Below the pieces are notes generated by a model that searched no databases, was not told the DNA's origin, and saw only the letters and a program-made list of their open reading frames with translations. 64,000 bases of DNA from Octopus sinensis (Eukaryota). The stretch spans positions 1-64,000 of the forward strand of contig NW_021833278.1 of assembly GCF_006345805.1 (NCBI RefSeq), in the 5' to 3' direction. The translations under genes and the position numbers were made by a program. Of the stretch, positions 1 to 13,130 are shown in pieces (the first letter of the stretch is position 1; every line of letters starts with the position of its first letter).

Positions 1-160
1 GTTGGTGGATCCCTGCTGTACTCTTTCACCACTTTCTTCTCCCACTCATTCTTCTGTTGGCCTGCTCGCTTTGCCAGCGGGGTGGGCGTCATCGAAGGCT
101 AAAACAGTGCGAACGCATGTGACCAGCGATGTGTAACTACATCTGCTGGACTGGGTTTAC
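1..160 (+). mobile_element. 3' portion of a SINE-like repeat (family C)
   Basis: Shares ctgtactctttc-ccac-actttct-ctc-cactc-ttc with the tRNA-headed element at 63232-63520; its reverse complement resembles 12470-12590. Confidence 0.5.
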
Positions 161-346
161 AGGTACTCAACTATCTCTTTCGTATTCATCTATTAACAGT
201 TTAGCTCTCTTAATTATAAAACAATATGAAACCGTTATTCTATACCGATATAGTTAATTGTAAGACAGAAATTTAAATGTAATAAAATGTTTTAAAAGAA
301 ATTTAAAGTGCCTACGTGATAACTGTAAGCCTACTTTTGGGCCATC

Positions 347-382
<36 letters not shown>

Positions 383-1084
383 ACTGCCATCGATCCATGT
401 CTCCCTCCCTCCATTCAACCATCCATCCATCCATCCATCCATCCATCCATCCATCCGTACATCCATCCGTAGATCCCTCCTATCCTTCTTTCCATTCAAC
501 TGCCCCTCCCTTCAACCGTGCATCCATCTAGTCATCTCTTCATACATACATACTTACATGCATTATATATGAATACTTACTATATACACACGTTCGCACA
601 TGCATTGATCACACTTGTACATACATACACATACATACATACATACATACATACATACATACATACATACATACATGCATACACGCATACATATACAAAC
701 ATATATTTGTATACACACAAACTCACACACATATATACACAAATATATGTGTGTATACACACACACACACACACACATATATATACAGTAGTGGCCATAA
801 TATAAGGGTCAGTAAGAACAAGTGTATTGAAATAGTTATTAAAGAAGCTTAACAACACGTTGAGACGAGATATTTTACACATATTTAGATATGTCTAATA
901 TCTATCTGTCGTGAAAATTTCAAGTGAATGGAATAAATATTTCATAAGTTATGAAGAAATAAACAATCTTCCAAATTGCAGCGGCCAAAAGTTGAGTGTC
1001 TCTCAGAAAAAATTGAACCGAGGAAATTTGTTGCTTAGAAGACTGTTAATGGGTTAACAGTTATTTCTTAATGATCTTACACTA

Positions 1085-1290
1085 TTGAAGCATTCAACTG
1101 TCAACCTGGCGGCTTGTGAGAGACGACCGTTGTCCTATGATGAAAAGCAAAGGATTGTGTGCTTTCACCAAGAGAGTAAGTCAAATATTTTTATCAGCAG
1201 GGAAACCTAGTATCTGTGACCCATCACAGGGCCTTCGAGATTGGTGTGAGAAAGTGAGAGCAGGCAGGAGGTATGAAGTTATCCTACTGT
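1085..1290 (+). pseudogene. Possible degenerate Tc1/mariner-like N-terminal HTH fragment
   Basis: Translates RRPLSYDEKQRIVCFHQESKSNIFISRET*, then after a frameshift GLRDWCEKVRAGRRYEV. Loosely resembles a transposase HTH; judged by eye only. Confidence 0.3.
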
Positions 1291-2218
1291 AGGAAGGTCT
1301 AGAAGTGTTGAGCAACGAATTGTAGCTCGTTTTAAGTCATCGAATAGAATGCTCACAGTTCCGAGTTCAAATCCTGCTGAGGTCAACTTCATCTATCATC
1401 CTTTCGGTATCGATAAAAAAAACAAAAAAATCCCAGCTCTTCAGATTAACCTGGAGAGGTGGATTTGAAGGACTATAGGAAAATTGGACCGGACAACTCA
1501 GTATTTTTTCTGATTCTACGTTCTGAGTTCAAATCTTGCCGAGATCAACTTTGCTTTCTGTGTTCAAATCCCACCATGGCCTTTGTGTGTGTGTGTGTGT
1601 GTGTGTGTTGTGTGTGTGTGTGTGCGTGCGTGCGCGAGCGTGTATGACTGACACTGTCCCTGTTTAACACCACTACTTGACACCCTGGATGTCTTTAACC
1701 AGCCTCTCACTAATAGAATACTTCCGGCTATTTGTTCGATGCTTATCGTTCTGAGTTCAATTTCAACCTAGGCCAACTTTTCTTTCGAACCTTTCGGGTT
1801 CGATGAAAAAAAACAAAGCAAAACCGGGGTAGAAGAGTATCAGAACTGTAAGAAAATCGAACCAAATGCCTTGCAGTGTTTACTCCGGCACTTTGCATTC
1901 AGGTTTCTTGATTTGTTTGTGTAGCAGACGGAATCTCTCACCTGGTTTAATTCTGAAGTTTTGTCAGTGAACAGGTCGCGGTTTCAAAGCGACAAAAATA
2001 TTTTGACACAAATGAAATTTAAATGTTGAAGTGAATCTAACGGTTTTTGTGTGTTCTTGAATGGCTTCCAAACATCTTCCACGTTGCAATTGCTTTTGTT
2101 TCAGCACACCATCTCAGATCAAGTCACTTGCTATGCAAGTACATCTCCGCAACATTCTGTTGTAAATTTTTGCGCCAAGTCTCAAGTTTGAGGATAACTT
2201 CGTACCTCCCGCCTGCTC

Positions 2219-2278
2219 TCACTTTCTCACACCAATCTCGAAGGCCCCGAGATGGGTCACAGATACTAGGTTCCCCTG
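2219..2278 (-). CDS. Candidate terminal exon of the coiled-coil gene: (Q)GNLVSVTHLGAFEIGVRK*
   Basis: Acceptor atattttatcag|cag (NAGNAG) at 2279/2276. Phase 0 from the upstream exon gives TGA at 2221-2219. May be exonised repeat sequence (see findings). Confidence 0.4.
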   Translation of the reverse strand, partial: QGNLVSVTHLGAFEIGVRK

Positions 2279-2375
2279 CTGATAAAATATATAAAAAGCA
2301 ACAACAACAACAGCAATAACAACAGCAACAACAACAACAATAACAACAGCAACAACAACAACAGCAACAACTTAC

Positions 2376-2522
2376 TTTAGTACGTTGTTCAGCAATGGTT
2401 TTCTGGGTAATCAGCTTACAGGTAAGGGCGCGTTCTTTGACCAACTGTTCGCGGAGTTCCTCACATCGTTCTAACAACGCTCCTTCTCCTTGTTTGATGG
2501 CCTCGATAGTCATATTGGCCTC
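2376..2522 (-). CDS. Internal coding exon, coiled-coil (EANMTIEAIK...TIAEQRTK, 49 aa)
   Basis: Acceptor tttccattgttcag|GAG, donor AAA|gtaagt, 147 nt, phase 0/0, open frame, heptad-like composition. Confidence 0.7.
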
Positions 2523-2907
2523 CTGAACAATGGAAACATGTTTCTTTTTACTTACCCTTCTGGGCTCAAGCCCGCCGCCTTCAAAAAGCTTACATTCTAA
2601 CCCTTTGTGTAGAGGTGACGACGGGTACTTCCCCGAACTACTGCTGCTCCCACCGCTTTTATAACTGCTACGGCTGCTACCGCTACTACGGCTGCTGTTG
2701 GTGCTTCCGCAATAACTATTGCTACTACTACTACAATTCATTAGGTGTGATAATGTAATTAACTCTCCACATAACCATCGATTTTACCGTTATCATTATC
2801 GTTGCTAAACCCAACAGGACCCTTCAAAATAGCACCGCCACCAACAAGAGCAACTCTATTCCGTGTATATCTAATACAGTTACACTTGTTCATGCTAACT
2901 GTAGATA

Positions 2908-2984
<77 letters not shown>

Positions 2985-3432
2985 TTGTGTATATATAAAT
3001 ATATTTATATACACGTTCGGCGAAAACCCCAGGAAAAAGGATTGTATTTGCACTGCATTGGATCTCTTGGAACTAATGCAAGTACCGAAAGCGAAGGCAT
3101 CGGACGAAGAATGTAGTTAGTCCATGTAATTCACATGTATAAATGTGAAGTCTTATGGCTTTTCTACGTCTTTCGTGAAGAATGGTAATAACCCACACAC
3201 ACATACACACACACACAACAAGTCATCGTTGTTGTCGAAGTTGCGTTTAATGACGTCATAGTGAGGATTATATTTTACCGGAAGTTCTCAAGTTTTAAAG
3301 GGAAGGCGTTTGTTTCGATTCTATCTTCGTAGAAAAGTTTGTACATCACAAATGTCTGTGTGTCTGTGGGGTGGAGGGTGTTTGAGAATTTACCAAAAGC
3401 AATTAATAGCTGCAGGCAAGATGTGAAGTGTA

Positions 3433-3770
3433 GGCCCATATGAATTGGTAATATGACCAGGCCAAATATGAAATGTGGGAAGTATTGAGCAGTAATATAC
3501 CCAGATCAGATATTAAAAATGGGCCCATATGAATTGGTAATATGACCAGGCCAAATATGAAATGTGGGAAGTATTGAGCAGTAATATACTCAGGTCAGAT
3601 ATTAAAAGTGGGCCCATATTAATTAGTAATGTGACCAGGTCAAATATGAAATGTGGGCCGTATTGACTGGTAATATACCCAGGTCAGATATTAAAAGTGG
3701 GCCCTATGAATTGGTATTATGACCAAGTCAAATGTGGAACGTGGGCCGTATTGATTGGTAATATATCCAC
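3433..3770. repeat. 89-bp minisatellite, about 3.8 copies
   Basis: ggccc(a)tat recurs at about 3433, 3522, 3611 and 3700; each unit is two diverged ~44-bp halves. Confidence 0.9.
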
Positions 3771-4268
3771 AGAGAAACGACCCTTCATCAGTTGTCGGCT
3801 GTCTATTTACTCCTCATTTCGAGCATTCAACGACAAAATGAGTCTTCAAAAACAATTTCTCCCATAAATTCTAAAATAAAATTCAGCATTTATGGAGGAT
3901 CAAAGTTGATATATATATATATATATATATACATACATATATATATATATACATATATGGTATGCATACAAACACACGCATGTGTGTGTTTGTTTGTTTT
4001 TGTCCCCCACACGTGTTTACATCCCCGTAACTTAGTGGTACGGCGAAAGGGACAAATAGAATAAGTATTAGGCATTAGAATAATAAAATAAGTTCTGGGG
4101 GCGAAATCGTTCGACTAAAAACTCTTAAAGCTGGTGCCCCAGCGTGGCCGCAGCCAAGTAGAACATAAACGATTAGCCCTTTTGCCTGGCAAGCTAAACG
4201 ATTCCGGCCCCACCGCCCCACCCCCACCGCCTTAACTAAGCAGTAAAATCACATAAACTCATATAGAC

Positions 4269-4672
4269 GCAGGAGTGGCTGTGTGGTAAGTAGCTTGCCT
4301 ACCAACCACATGGTTCCGGGTTCAGTCCCACTGCGTGGCATCTTGGGAAAGTGTCTTCTGCTATAGCCCCGGGCCGACCAATGCCTTGTGAGTGGATTTG
4401 GTAGACGGAAACTGAAAGAAGCCTGTCGTATATATGTATATGTATATATATGTATGTGTGTGTATGTGTTTGTGTGTCTGTGTTTGTCTCCCTAGCATTG
4501 CTTGACAACCGATGCTGGTGTGTTTACGTCCCCGTCACTTAGCGGTTCGGCAAAAGAGACCGATAGAATAAGTACTGGGCTTACAAAGAATAAGTCCCGG
4601 GTTCGATTTTCTCGACTAAAGGCGGTGCTCCAGCATGGCCGCAGTCAAATGACTGAAACAAGTAAAAGAATA
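4269..4672 (+). mobile_element. tRNA-headed SINE family A (CORE-like middle), near full length
   Basis: Head gcaggagtggctgtgtggtaag...ggttccgggttcagtccc with A/B-box-like motifs; near-identical copies at 9541-9922, 24815-25212 and 51851-52265. Confidence 0.85.
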
Positions 4673-4700
4673 AAAGAGTAAAGAGTAAAGAGTTACTTAC

Positions 4701-5495
4701 AATGTTTTCAATCTGGTGTCTCAGACTGATGCAGTCAGGTTCCAAATCTGTATTAATCGCATTGTCTTTCAGTTTGTTCGATTTTTCCCTCAGAGGAAAA
4801 TATTGAGCTTCATCATTCAAGTCGCTTGTAGAGCCCCAATTGTCATCTTTCTTTACAACAACCAAATGTTCAGAGAAGCCATCTTCGTCAGACACCAATA
4901 AGTCATCATCCAACGGCAATGATTTAGACTTGTAATTAGCCTTGCTACTTTTTTTCAGAGCGCTGTAGTTGATATTGCCCGCAATAGATATTTTGTCTTT
5001 TGCGTTTCTGCCTCGGTTCTGAATATTAGAAGGAGCCTTAATGGATCTTAATAAATGCTCTTCTGTCTTGGTACCATTCGTCAACGGTGCATTTTTCACG
5101 ATGTTACCAGTTTTTGATAAAGCACATTCCTCGTCAGACGATTCGTGGGAACGATTTAGTGAAAGATTCTGAAGGAATGCCAAACTTCGTTCTTCAGCGC
5201 CTTTAAACGAAATCTTTGTATTCTTAAAGACAAATGGAACATCGTCGGATAAAGCTGAAGATGCAGAATCAGAAATGGCGCAGCATTTGGTAATAGGGAA
5301 GTTACAGGCAACAAGTCCGTCCGACGTGTCTCTTTCGAGCTTGGAGTTCCACCTGTCACCGAAACGGTCTTGGATACTGTCGTGCTTTTGTCTGTATTTT
5401 TCTCTCTCAATGCATTTTTGCATTTCCGGAGCAGCAGACAAGATACTAATATCCGAAAGTCTTTTACTGTTCGTTGGTGGTGGGCAAGAATTCAT
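4701..5495 (-). CDS. Large coding exon (265 aa, Ser/Asp/Lys-rich, low complexity) of an unidentified coiled-coil protein gene
   Basis: Long non-repetitive ORF. Strong acceptor ctttttactcctctttcctctgtag|G at 5537/5536, with an in-frame TGA upstream of ATG 5495. Donor ATT|gtaagt at 4701/4700 is phase 0, compatible with exon 2522. The ORF tail 4700-4581 is SINE read-through. Confidence 0.75.
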
Positions 5496-5739
5496 GTCTT
5501 TATTTGTTGAAGATGCATAAATTCAATATTCTGGTCCTACAGAGGAAAGAGGAGTAAAAAGTTCAGAACAGGAAGCTGGAAATTTAGCGAGGTTAGAACT
5601 ACAGAAATGGCAATAATAATAATTTTCTTTGGAAATTAATAACAACAATAACTACGACGACGACGACAACAACAACAACAACAATAACAATAATGAAATG
5701 ATAACAATATCAATAACAATACTGATAATGTTAATAACA

Positions 5740-5741
<2 letters not shown>

Positions 5742-5772
<31 letters not shown>

Positions 5773-5806
5773 GTGGCGTTGATGATGATGATGATGATGA
5801 TGATGT

Positions 5807-5858
<52 letters not shown>

Positions 5859-5995
5859 GGTGATGGTGATGGTGATGGTGATGATGATGATGATGATGGT
5901 GATGGTGATGGTGATGGTGATGGTGATGGTGATGATGATGGTGATGGTGATGGTGGTGGTGGTGGTGGTGGTGATGGTGATGATGGTGATGATGA

Positions 5996-6029
<34 letters not shown>

Positions 6030-6109
6030 GGTGATGATGGTGATGATGATGATGATGATGATGGTGATGGTGATGATGATGGTGATGGTGATGATGATGG
6101 TGATGATGA

Positions 6110-6143
<34 letters not shown>

Positions 6144-6318
6144 GGTGATGATGGTGATGATGATGATGGTGATGATGATGATGGTGATGATGATGGTGAT
6201 GGTGATGATGATGGTGATGATGATGATGATGATGATGATGATGGTGGTGGTGATGATGATGATGATGATGATGATGGTGATGATGATGGTGATGGTGATG
6301 ATGATGGTGATGATGATG

Positions 6319-6350
<32 letters not shown>

Positions 6351-6375
6351 GATGGTGATGGTGATGTTTATGATG
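5742..6375. repeat. (ATG/GTG)n trinucleotide array
   Basis: Direct reading; source of the poly-Met/Val ORF. Confidence 0.95.
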
Positions 6376-6821
6376 ATTTCTTTATTTAGTACGAAAGGTT
6401 CATAAGAAGATACTTCTTGCCCAAACTACAAGCAAATTGGGGGTTAAAGACCAAGGCTGAGCCGTTTTCTGCTGTTGCTTAGTAACCGCGCCATGGCAGT
6501 CACGTTCATTGTTGTTACATTCATACGCGTTTCATATTGTTATATGCATCTCACATCGTTGAATACTTGCCCAAGGTGTCGCGTACAATAATATTAAACC
6601 CGAAAAACATCGAATGAAAAAAACATAATTTTTCAAATATGAAATCGTAATTATCTGAGCCGAAGCGTTATTAATAAGATTACACTGTTTTGTACGATTA
6701 AATTTAATTTTCAAAGATGAAACAGTTTTTAAATATTTACATCTACGCCGGTGGTGGACAATGAGGTTGCTGTTGTTGTTGTTGTTGTCGTCGTCGGTTG
6801 CGTTTGTGGTTAAATTGTTGC

Positions 6822-7149
6822 CATCATCACCATCATCACCACCACCACCACCACCATCACCATCATCATCATCATCATCACCATCATCACCATCATCACC
6901 ATCATCATCATCATCATCATCGCCATCATCACCATCACCACCACCACCACCACCACCACCACCATCATCATCACCATCATCACCATCACCACCACCACCA
7001 CCACCACCACCACCATCATCATCACCATCACCATCATCATCACCATCATCATCACCATCACCATCATCACCATCACCATCACCATCATCATCACCATCAC
7101 CATCATCATCATCATCATCATCGCCATCATCACCATCACCACCACCACC

Positions 7150-7183
<34 letters not shown>

Positions 7184-8106
7184 CCATCACCACCACCACC
7201 ACCACCACCACCACCATCATCATCACCATCACCATCATCATCACCATCATCATCACCATCACCATCATCACCATCACCATCACCATCATCATCACCATCA
7301 CCATCATCATCATCATCACCATCACCATCATCATCATATCATCATCATCATCATCACCATCATCACCATCATCACCATCATCATACTCAGCATCGCCATC
7401 ATCACCATCACCACCACCACCACCACCATCATCATCATTTTCATCATCACCATCACCACCACCACCACCACCACCACAACCATCATCATCAACATCACCA
7501 TCATCATCATCATCATCACCATCATACACCTCATCACATCATCATCATCATCATCATCGCCATCATCACCATCACCAACCACCACCACCACACCACCACC
7601 ATATCATCACCATCATCACCATCACCACCACCACACCACCACCCCACATCATCATCACCATCACCATCATCATCACCATCATCATCACCATCACCATCAT
7701 CACCACAACATCACCATCATCATCACCATCACAACATCATATCATCATCATCGCCATCATCACCATCACCACCACCACCACCAACCACCACATCATCATC
7801 ATCATCATCACCTCACCACCACAAACACCCACCACCACCATCATCATCACCATCACCATCATCATCACCTCATCATCACCATCACATCATACCATCACCA
7901 TCACCATCATCATCACCATCACCATCACATCATCATCACCATCACCATATCATCATCATCATCATCGCCATCATCACCATCACCACCACCACCACCACCA
8001 CCACCACCTCATCATCATCATCATCAATCACCACCACACACCACCACCCACCATCATCATCACCATCACCATCATCATCAGATCATCGCCATCATCACCA
8101 TCACCA

Positions 8107-8138
<32 letters not shown>

Positions 8139-8225
8139 TCATCATCACCATCACCATCACCATCACCATCATCACCATCACCATCATCATCATCATCATC
8201 ATCATCACCATCATTAGCAGCACCA

Positions 8226-8260
<35 letters not shown>

Positions 8261-8590
8261 ACATCACCTATCATCATCATCATCACCATCACCATCACAA
8301 CCACACCACCACCACCATCATCACCACCACCACCACCACCACCACCACCATCATCATCACCATCACCATCATCATCACCATCATCATCACATCACCATCA
8401 TCACCATCACCTCACCATCATCATCACCATCACCATCTCATCATCATCATCATCGCCATCATCAACATCACCACCACCACCACCATCATCATATCATCAT
8501 CATCATCATCATCACCATCACCATCACCATCACCACCATCACCATCACCATCATCATCATCATCATCATCATCACCATCATTAGCAGCAC

Positions 8591-8625
<35 letters not shown>

Positions 8626-8672
8626 ACATCACCATCATCATCATCATCATCAACACCACCATCACATTAGTG
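6822..8672. repeat. (CAT/CAC)n trinucleotide array, ~1.85 kb
   Basis: Direct reading; reverse complement of the 5742-6375 array; source of poly-His/Ser/Pro ORFs. Confidence 0.95.
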
Positions 8673-9540
8673 ATTTTTTAGACGTTGTTGTTGTTGTGTT
8701 GTCACGGACAGGAATGGCCGATGGCGGTGGTGGTGGGGGTGTTCATTAACCGTAGTAAATATTTGTTTTCTCCAAACTTTCAATCAAGAGAGGAATGGTT
8801 TCATTTCTAATAAATAAGGCGAGTTCCCCCACCTTTCGGTACTACTCCCTCCTTTCCTGTAATTTCTCTTGTCATTTCCTTCTCTTAGACATTGTTTCAA
8901 ATGTTGGCACAATGCCAGCAGTGTTGTTGCGTGTGTGTAGGAAATGTGAGTTAAAATTCGATTGCATCGCCCCCAGTGCCTAACTGGTGCTTTACACCAG
9001 TGCTCCCCAAGGTGCCACGCAGTGGTACTGAACCCGGAACCATGTGGTTGGTAAGCAAGTTACTTACCACACAGCCACTCCTGCGCCTAAAGTGATTTTT
9101 AAAACTCAATATTTACACGCTATCATTTATAGTGTTCTAAACTTAATTGATTAATTAATTAATTAATTAAAGAAGGATTATTTCGCCGTCTTTAACTTTC
9201 TAAATTCTTACGACATAAAAAATATATATTTGAGGGTTTAGGTATAATTTTCTTACAATCGTAAGTCTTGTTTATATAATCCAATGGTGGCAGAATGGCC
9301 GAATCGTTAGATTGTCGACACAATAACTTTGGTATTACTGCTTAACACTTTTGATACAAATTCACCTCAAACCGCCCTTGTTTCTATGATAAAAACTCCC
9401 TGTTATATGAATTAAAATCTTCCTTGAAAAGTCGTTGCTAGTTTATGTTCCAAATACTTGCTTAATAATGACAATGTTATTTCAATAAATTCTTCGTTAT
9501 TTTAAAAATTAATTGAAACCAAAAATAGTTTTTTTTTTTT

Positions 9541-9922
9541 TTACTTGTTTCAGTCACGTGACTGTGGCCATGCTGGAGCACCGCCTTTAGTCGAGCAACT
9601 CGACCCCGGGACTTGTAAGCCCAGTACTTATTCTATCGGTCTCTTTTGCCGAACCGCTAAGTGACGGGGGCATAAACACACCAGCATCGGTTGTCAAGCA
9701 ATGCTAAAAGACAAACACAGACACACAAACACATACATATATAAATATATATATACATATATACGACAGGCTTCTTTCAGTTTCCGTCTACCAAATCCAC
9801 TCACTCGGCATTGGTCGGCCCGGGGCTATAGCAGAAGACACTTGCCCAAGATGCCACGCAGTGGGACTCAACCCGGAACCATGTGGTTGGTTAGCAAGCT
9901 ACTTACCACACAGCCACTCCTG
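9541..9922 (-). mobile_element. SINE family A
   Basis: Reverse complement of 4269-4672. Confidence 0.85.
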
Positions 9923-10611
9923 TGGACGTGAACGGTAATAAGAACGGTTAAACAGTTTTATTTTACAAGTGGACTTTCAGTGAGATGTTTTCAATTTGAT
10001 GTGGGCGAAGGATTGTCCACTGTTTTAGTCACTAAAAAGCAATTTTTACAACATAGCCACCTTTATACTTAATACAGAATAGCTAAAATTGACTTGAGAC
10101 ACTTTAGGGAAAATAAAATGGAGAGAATTAGTAGAAAGTACTTACAAACGACACAGATAAATATTAAGAGCCGAACTGAAAACCGGAAATAAGATGGCTG
10201 GTTAATACCAAATCGGAAGTAGAAAACATTACCAAAGAAAAATGCGAAATTATCAGGTCTGCTGTTGGTATTCTGCGAACCTGAACAGAAAGGAAGTGAA
10301 TATGAAAGCTAACAATGGTCTTGAAAGATCTGTACTAAACGTGAAAGGGAATCTATAAAACAAGCTCAGCAAAAACATGCATTTTATGAATATCAATATG
10401 AAAGGAAACTAACGAACAATTAACCTCATCGTTTGTGGCTGCTGTCCTCTCCTCCTCACAAAGACAGAATGTAGTTACATTCATAGGATAAAAACTGATG
10501 CTATTTCTACATGAAAGCTTAGAAAGCGTGTGTTTCAGTTAGCTCAGTTTCTTGTATGAGACAATAGCATTTTCCTTGCCACTTAATAAAGGTAAGAGTA
10601 AGAAAAAAAAA

Positions 10612-10940
10612 GACCCTCTTCGGTCATGAATAACCATGGGGTTACACCTAGAAAGTTACCCTCCCAGGTACAAGTCCGGGCAAAGTTGTTTATAGAAGAC
10701 CAGTCGTCGCCCATGTATATCAGCCTCCCCTTTCCACGCCACCGATGGGAAGGCAAAGGGGCCGATACAGCATGGCACCTGTGACATCGCAACTCATTTC
10801 TACAGCTGAGTGAACTGGAGCAACGTGAAATAAAGTGTCTTGCTCAAGAACACAACACACAGTCCGGCCCGGGAATCGAACTCACTACTTCATGCTTATG
10901 AGCCCGATGCGCCAACCACTGCGCCATGTGCCTTCACCAC
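10612..10940 (-). mobile_element. tRNA-headed SINE family D with CORE-like segment
   Basis: Minus strand reads ggtgaaggcacatggcgcagtggttggcgcatcgggc...gagttcgattccc (A/B boxes), then gtgttcttgagcaagacactttatttcac; related head at about 31380-31500. Confidence 0.7.
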
Positions 10941-12894
10941 TTAGTAAGGGAAGTGAGGACAATGTTCTTATCGTTCCTTATTTTTATTAGAGCTTCGAAG
11001 TCTTGTGGGAGGAAGAGAGAAAGTTATTCCCAAACTGAAGACCCAGCCCGAATGCTTAAAACAGAGTGAAGTCTGCTGAAAGTACCCTAGGTACCAGGTG
11101 TTGGTGTTTAACCAGACGCCAAGGTTGAGATAATCTAAGCGAAGCAAATTAAGGGGACTTTGCACACATTACATCAAAGACAAGGAAGCCCATGTTCTCT
11201 GATAAAAAATTCGATTCCTTCTAACCAAAATATCACCCAGAAGGAAGAGGAAATCTATGAAGTTATAAAGAACCCGGAGGTAAATAATGAAGATATGAGG
11301 TAAAAGAAAAATAGGAAAAGAAATATTCACACACAGATAGAGAGAGTGAGAGAGAAAGAGTAAGGGGGGTAGAGAGGCATTATAATTTATTAATTGAATA
11401 TTTTCTCGCACTCATACAAAAAGAGAGGGAGGGAGAGAACGCGAGAAAAATTAAAATGGTTGATGTCAAATAAGTCAGCATCGAATCAGCAACGCCAAAC
11501 AGGCAGCGCCAAAACTGCTGTGCCAAGACGCCTCAAACCGTCACCTCGACACGAAGCAACGTGCAATACTACGTCGTGCCTCACACGATTTATTCAGTTC
11601 TTACCATTTTAAGTCTTTCCTTTCATCTACCCACACAACATTTTCTTCCCAAGACATTACTATCAGCGCATTTCTTTCAGGACATCGACACTCCAGACAG
11701 TATTGTTCTTTTTTCAAGAAAGACCATACCACAAGGTCAGTATGTAGCTTCCTTGTCGTAATGTTTGCAAGTTTTTAAAAATAAAATTAAAAACTTTAGA
11801 ATATCTACACTTATCTTTGAGTATTTTGAGAAATATGCTATTCACAATTTTGTTATAAACATTTATGATAGATAAAACAGAAGTTTGGGTATCGGTTTTC
11901 TTTTCATTATGTTCCTGCGTTATCCTTTCTCACCATCTTTGTGGAAAACAACAGGGTGCAACTTGGAGTTAATTCTCAATGCATTGATGTTGTTGCTTTG
12001 CTATTGTTATGCAACAGCAATGCATACATATGCATGCATGCAGAATTTGTAAAAAAGTAGAAAACGTAATTGAAATTTCAAATTTTATAAAACATACACG
12101 TGTTCTAATAAACTGACTGACAAGGTTACACATTTCTTAGGTGAAGTTGCATAATCTTATTGAAATACCTCGTCAGTAGTCCGAATCGTTTTATTGAAAC
12201 ACGTGTCGGTTTTATAAAGAATAAAATGCTAGTTACGTTAACTGTATTTTTATGAACACTATTACATAGCTCTCATTCCGCACACTTGCCTATCCGTTTA
12301 ACTTCACTGAGCACAAGAGGGGAGAGTGTGGAACTTACTACTGGGCCCTTACTTTTGGTTACGCGTCGCGCTTTACAGCGCACGTATATTCTGTTTTTAA
12401 CTGAAGGCCGTTGTGTATTTGTGTGTGTGTGAGTATATGTACACCCACAATTTATATATATATAAATATCACGTGATCACGTGACCGACCAGATTACTTG
12501 ATGTTGTTACACATCGTTGCTTACAATGCGCTTTGCATTCGAATGACACCGCTCCACTGGCTACGGGACCAGGCCAACATTACCCCTTGATCGAAAGGTA
12601 GACTGGAAGTCGACTTTACCATTCTTTCATTCGGTGTCTATAATTTAAGTACCATGTGCGTACTGGGGCCGATCTAATTGACTGGCCCCCTCCCACAAAA
12701 ATTTCGGGCCTTGTGCCCAGAGTAGAAAATAAAAAAACAACAACACCCACAAACACATAAGAAGGGAATGTTTGTCAACATGGCGTTATGAAAGAAAAGG
12801 CAAGCAGGACCAAGGCGTCGCAAAGAGGGATCGATCTCGGGCACACGAAGTTGTGCATCAAACGTCTTCACTACACAACTCTTCCGTGCCTTAT

Positions 12895-13130
12895 ATCTAT
12901 TTCTTTATTACCCACAAGGGGCTAAACACAGAGAGGACAAACAAGGACAGACAAACGGAAAAAGTCGATTATATCGACCCCAGTGCGTAAGTGGTACTCA
13001 TTTAATCGACCCCGAAACGATGAAAGGCAAAGTCGACCTCGGCAGAATTTGAACTCAGAACGTAACGACAGACGAAATACGGCTACGTATTTCTCCCGGC
13101 GTGCTAACGTTTCTGCCAGCTCGCCGCCTA
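12895..13130 (-). mobile_element. SINE family B
   Basis: Reverse complement of ggcggcgagctggcagaa...gttctgagttcaaattc...gtcgactttgcctttcatc, with the long tail variant. Confidence 0.8.

Noticed and set aside
2124-2741. 205-aa ORF as a single exon
   Set aside because: It reads through (CAA)n and (CTA)n tracts. Only 2522-2376 has splice signals, and the 97-nt intron changes frame.
5629-8681. Long poly-Met/Val, poly-His and Ser/Pro (extensin-like) ORFs
   Set aside because: Pure trinucleotide arrays open in several frames on both strands; no splice or codon evidence.
10180-10225. ETS- and YY1-like motifs (ccggaaat, aagatggc, cggaagt)
   Set aside because: Short motifs with no linked exon; can occur by chance.
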